Shown one piece after another: positions 60,536 to 64,000 of a DNA stretch of 64,000 nt. Origin of the DNA: Alphaproteobacteria bacterium (GTDB lineage: Bacteria; Pseudomonadota; Alphaproteobacteria; UBA828); assembly GCA_963422645.2 (NCBI GenBank), contig CAXXVO010000017.1, positions 224,001 to 288,000 on the forward strand, written 5' to 3'. The notes under the pieces are model-generated. The model saw nothing but the letters and a program-made list of their open reading frames with translations. It was not told the DNA's origin and did no database searches. Made by a program: the position numbers and the translations under genes. Numbering within the stretch: the stretch's first letter is position 1; each line of letters opens with the position of its first letter.

Positions 60536-61078
60536 GTGATCGACATCCAGGACGCGATCCGCCGGCTCATGGCGCACGACGGCCTGCGTCCGCCCCACGG
60601 CTTCCTGCCGGGCTCCTTCCCCGGCGGCATCGACACGATGTTCGACGAGGCGACATGGAAGGCCTACGGCTGGAACCCGATCCCCGGCCTGCCGGACTAC
60701 GGCCCCGACCCGGACGCCAGCCCCAAGCCGGCATGGGCCATGATCGCCGAAGCGGGCGAGCGCGCCGCCGCCGAAGACCTCCGGCAAGAAAGGGCGCAAG
60801 GGCTCGACCGGGAGGCAACCCGCCGCATCCGGAAGGCCTACGGGGCAAGGAGCTGGGAGCACGAGGCCAGACGGCGGCTGCGCGGCGCCGCCACCGAGGA
60901 GCAGGACGCCGAACGCGACCGCCTGCGCCGGCTCTGCCGCGCGCTCCGCAAGCGCATCGAAACCATGGACGCGGGCGCGCTCGAGCGCTTCGACGCAGCC
61001 GACGACAGACACTGGCGCCCGCCCGAAGCCGGGCCCGCCCAGCCCCCCGCGCCCGAGGCGGAGGAGAAGGCGGAATAG
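60536..61078 (+). CDS. Phage protein, putative tail-fibre assembly chaperone (DUF4376-like)
   Basis: SD GGAGG; PKPAW, helical EATRRI and C-terminal FDAADDRHW pattern; last gene before the right end. Confidence 0.55.
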   Translation: MIDIQDAIRRLMAHDGLRPPHGFLPGSFPGGIDTMFDEATWKAYGWNPIPGLPDYGPDPDASPKPAWAMIAEAGERAAAEDLRQERAQGLDREATRRIRKAYGARSWEHEARRRLRGAATEEQDAERDRLRRLCRALRKRIETMDAGALERFDAADDRHWRPPEAGPAQPPAPEAEEKAE

Positions 61079-61247
61079 AACCCTTGCAGGGGCCGTGCAC
61101 ACCGAATTCCGCGCCCCTGAACGGCCCGTGCATGGCCGATGCAGAGGCCGTTTTTCCAGCCCGAATCAGCCCCGAAAATCAGCCTGTTTTCCAGGCCATT
61201 CGCAAAGACTTCTGGCCGCGATTCGCAAAGACTTCTGGCCGGCTACA

Positions 61248-61948
61248 GCGCTCGCCGTGTGCGCATGGGCCATCACATAGGTGCGCCGGGTCGCCGCCTC
61301 CTCCACGCCGACCCTGATTTCCTCGTCGGAGTACTGGTCCATCCAGAGGGGATCGGTCGGCGAGAGCACGCCGCCCGACACCATCATCTTGATCTGGTGC
61401 GCTCCCTTGCGAAGCTCCTCCCGCACCACCTGGCGCACCGCATCGACGCCGTCGGCCACCTGCGAGACGATCCCGTGATAGCCGGCGCAGCCGCAGGGCT
61501 CGAAGCGGGTCTGGTTGCGCATGTCGCCGTGGCCGCCGGTCTGGCTGATGGCCCGGCCGGAGAAGAGCACCCTCGAGCCCGCGATCAAGCCTTGCTCCAC
61601 GGCGAGCGCCAGCCCCAGGTCGGCGCCGCCCGCATCGCGCACCGTGGTGAAGCCCCGCTTCAGCGAGCTTTCGAGGCTGAGCCTTGCGTGCTGGTAGATC
61701 AGGGACGCCGGCATGTCGTCGAGCGACGGGATGTTGAGGTCAACGAGGAGAGCGTGGAAATGGGCATCGATCAGGCCCGGCATCAGCGTTCGCCCGCCGC
61801 AGGCTACGCGTTCCGCATCGGCCGGTGCGCGGACCGCGCCGTCGGCGACCTCCTTGATCCGGCCCTCCTCGACCACCACGGCCGCGTTCTCGCGTGGCTC
61901 GGCGGAGACCCCGTCGAACACTCTGCATCCCTCGAAGATGATCGTCAC
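61248..61948 (-). pseudogene. 5' part of the interrupted amidohydrolase (Xaa-Pro dipeptidase-like)
   Basis: MPGLIDAHFH, GFTTVRDAGG, SQTGGHGD, IKMMVSGG and MAHAH; broken at TASA. Confidence 0.92.
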
Positions 61949-61980
61949 GGCGCCATTCTCCCCTTTGCTCAATCCGCCCT

Positions 61981-63741
61981 TTACCAGGCGAGCCCGTAGG
62001 CCGGTCGCCGCGGGTCCGCCCCGCCCGAGAGCGTGCCCCCTTCGCCCTCCTTGACCAGCACGCACATGGCGCCGGCGGGCCAAGCCCACTCCGGCCACCA
62101 CTCGACCCCGTGGCCCCAGGCGGCGAGTGTGTCGCCGGCTGCCTCCGAGATGCGCCCCTCCAGCATCAGCTTGCCCGGATGGTACTCGTGCGGCTCGAAG
62201 GAATTGGGGAAGCTCATGGTCGCAAACCTTGGCGCTTCCACCGCGGCCTGCGGGTTCATGCCGTAGACCACGATGTTCACGAAGGTCTGGAGCATCGCCT
62301 GGATCTGAACGTCGCCGCCGGGCGTGCCGAAGGGCATGACGAACCCGTCTTCGCCCATGGCGAGCGCCGGGTTTGGCGTGAGCCGCGGCCGCTTGCCGGG
62401 CGCCACGCTCGAGGCGTGCGCGGGATCGGCCCAGGACTGCGCGCCGCGCGAAGAGGCGCAAAGCCCGGTGCCCGGAATTACCGGCGAATCGAATGAGATA
62501 TCGCTCGGCGTCGCCGAGAAGACGTTGCCTTCGTCATCGATGACGCAGACGTAGGAGGTGTCGTGCGCGGCCTCCACGGGCCCCGTTGAGGCCGCTCCCT
62601 GCGCGCAGGCGAGCGTCGCCAGTCCTTGCGCCGGGTCGCCCGCCGGCGGCATCTCGAGCCATGCCTCGCCGGGCCGGATGAGGGCGCGGCGGCTGGCGGC
62701 GTAGTCGTCGGAGAGGAGCGCCGCCGTCGGCACGTCGACGAAGCGCGGGTCGCCGATCCAGCGCTCGCGGTCGGCAAAAGCTAATTTCAGCGCCTCCGCC
62801 ATCATGTGCAGCGCTTCCGGGCTGTTGTGGCCGTGCGCGGCCAGCGCCTTCGTGTCCAGCAGGCGAAGCGCCTGAAGCAGCGTCGGCCCCTGGCACCAGG
62901 GGCCGCAGGCGTAAACGTCGATGCCCTCGATCGTGACCCGCTCGGGCGGCTCCACCGCCACCCTGAAGGAGGCGAGGTCGTCGGCCGTGAGCAGGCCGCC
63001 CTTCTCCCGGTGGTGGTTCACGATGGCGGCGGCGATGTCGCCCCGGTAGAAGGCCGCGCGGGCGGCATCGAGCCCGGCCCCGCGGTCGTCGCCGGCAGCG
63101 CGCTCCTCGTCCGCCATGTACTGGAGCGAGCGCCCGAGGTCGGCCTGCACAAAGAGATCGCCCACGGCAGGCGGCCGGCCGCCGGGCAGATAGATTTCGG
63201 CGTTCGACGGCCAGCGGTTGTACGCGTCGGCCTTCTTGGCGATGACGCTCGCCATCAGTGGGTACATCACGAAGCCGTCGCGTGCGAGCCGGATCGCGGC
63301 CTCTGCCACCTCGCCGAAGGTCATGGTGCCGTGGCGTTCCAGCGCGGTGATCCAGGCGTCCGGCGCGCTCGGCACGACTGTGCGCAGCGGGCCCACCGGG
63401 ATGTGACCGTCGTGCTCGCGCACGAAGAGATCGGGCGTAACCGCCGCCGGCCAGGTGCCGAGCCCGCTAATGGTCTCCACCTGCCCGGTCTTCGCGCTGT
63501 AGAGGATGATCGGCGCAACGCCCGCGACGTTGACGAGATCACTGTGCACGACACCCAAAGCGATGCCCGCGGCGACGCCCGCATCGATGGCGTTGCCGCC
63601 CGCCTCCAGGATCGCGAAGCCTGCCTGTGCGGCGAGGTAGTGTCCGGCCACGATCGCGTGCCGGTGGCCGCGGATCACCGGCCTGAGCGCGTCGATCGCC
63701 TCCGGGTCGAACAGCGCGTACTCGCTCCTGCGTTCGCTCAT
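61981..63741 (-). CDS. Gamma-glutamyltransferase family protein
   Basis: GGNAIDAGVA, nucleophile Thr in HDTSY, PGKRPRLT, FGTPGGD and ADPRR. Confidence 0.93.
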   Translation of the reverse strand: MSERRSEYALFDPEAIDALRPVIRGHRHAIVAGHYLAAQAGFAILEAGGNAIDAGVAAGIALGVVHSDLVNVAGVAPIILYSAKTGQVETISGLGTWPAAVTPDLFVREHDGHIPVGPLRTVVPSAPDAWITALERHGTMTFGEVAEAAIRLARDGFVMYPLMASVIAKKADAYNRWPSNAEIYLPGGRPPAVGDLFVQADLGRSLQYMADEERAAGDDRGAGLDAARAAFYRGDIAAAIVNHHREKGGLLTADDLASFRVAVEPPERVTIEGIDVYACGPWCQGPTLLQALRLLDTKALAAHGHNSPEALHMMAEALKLAFADRERWIGDPRFVDVPTAALLSDDYAASRRALIRPGEAWLEMPPAGDPAQGLATLACAQGAASTGPVEAAHDTSYVCVIDDEGNVFSATPSDISFDSPVIPGTGLCASSRGAQSWADPAHASSVAPGKRPRLTPNPALAMGEDGFVMPFGTPGGDVQIQAMLQTFVNIVVYGMNPQAAVEAPRFATMSFPNSFEPHEYHPGKLMLEGRISEAAGDTLAAWGHGVEWWPEWAWPAGAMCVLVKEGEGGTLSGGADPRRPAYGLAW

Positions 63742-63743
63742 GG

Positions 63744-64000
63744 CTACTCCTGATTCGCGAGGTCGACGAGGCAGGCGGCCAGCGTCCGGGCACCCGCAGC
63801 AAGGTCGGCCGGCGTCGCGTTCTCCGCCTCGTTGTGGCTGACGCCCCGCTCGCAGGGCACGAAGATCATGCCGGTAGGGCAAAGGTGATTGATGTGGCCT
63901 GCATCGTGGCCCGCGCCGGAGGGCATGCGCATGACCGGATGGCCCAGGCTCGCGGCATAGCCCTCCACCATGTCGATCAGGGTGGGGTCGAACACCAGAG
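63744..64000 (-). CDS. Zn-dependent hydrolase (allantoate amidohydrolase / N-carbamoylase, M20), 3' part only
   Basis: SGAGHDA and MIFVPC..GVSHNEAE motifs; runs off the window edge. Confidence 0.88.
   Translation of the reverse strand, partial: LVFDPTLIDMVEGYAASLGHPVMRMPSGAGHDAGHINHLCPTGMIFVPCERGVSHNEAENATPADLAAGARTLAACLVDLANQE

Larger units (their letters stand above)
56709..61247. mobile_element. Non-autonomous or internally deleted Mu-like transposable prophage, 4539 bp
   Basis: TGTAG...CTACA ends; 5-bp duplication GCGCT (56704-56708, 61248-61252); AAGTC(A/T)TTGCGAAT sites twice per end; phage gene cargo; no transposase. Confidence 0.92.

Noticed and set aside
56709-61247. Tn7-like or CRISPR-associated transposon, or gene transfer agent
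   Set aside because: The ends fit the Mu/Tn7 superfamily, but there are no tns, tniQ or cas genes, and the cargo includes a Mu-type terminase tail rather than RcGTA-like genes.

Overview
GC-rich alphaproteobacterial (Rhodospirillales-like, by gene order) chromosome segment. Core genes: PBP1A, frameshifted prfB, the hpf-ptsN-hprK-rapZ-EIIA-HPr-EI-ahcY-tsaE-amgK-murU-addB-addA string, phasin, purN, hdaA, ppk1-ppx, lpoA/rsmI-yraN-BON-BON-gshB, a DEAD-box helicase and three tRNAs. Accessory genes: a VapC toxin pair, a GmaS/GlnT-like ligase, and a racemase/hydantoinase/molybdenum-hydroxylase catabolic cluster. Two insertions are readable at nucleotide level. One is a complete single-ORF IS66 (23522-25409, 8-bp target duplication). 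The other, and the most striking feature, is a 4539-bp transposase-less Mu-like element (56709-61247). It has TGTA...TACA ends, a 5-bp duplication and paired asymmetric end sites, carries phage head and tail-type genes pointing outward, and splits an otherwise in-frame amidohydrolase gene. Several unnamed dispersed intergenic repeat families and a tsaE without a canonical start codon are also present. All product calls come from motif recognition; no database search was run.
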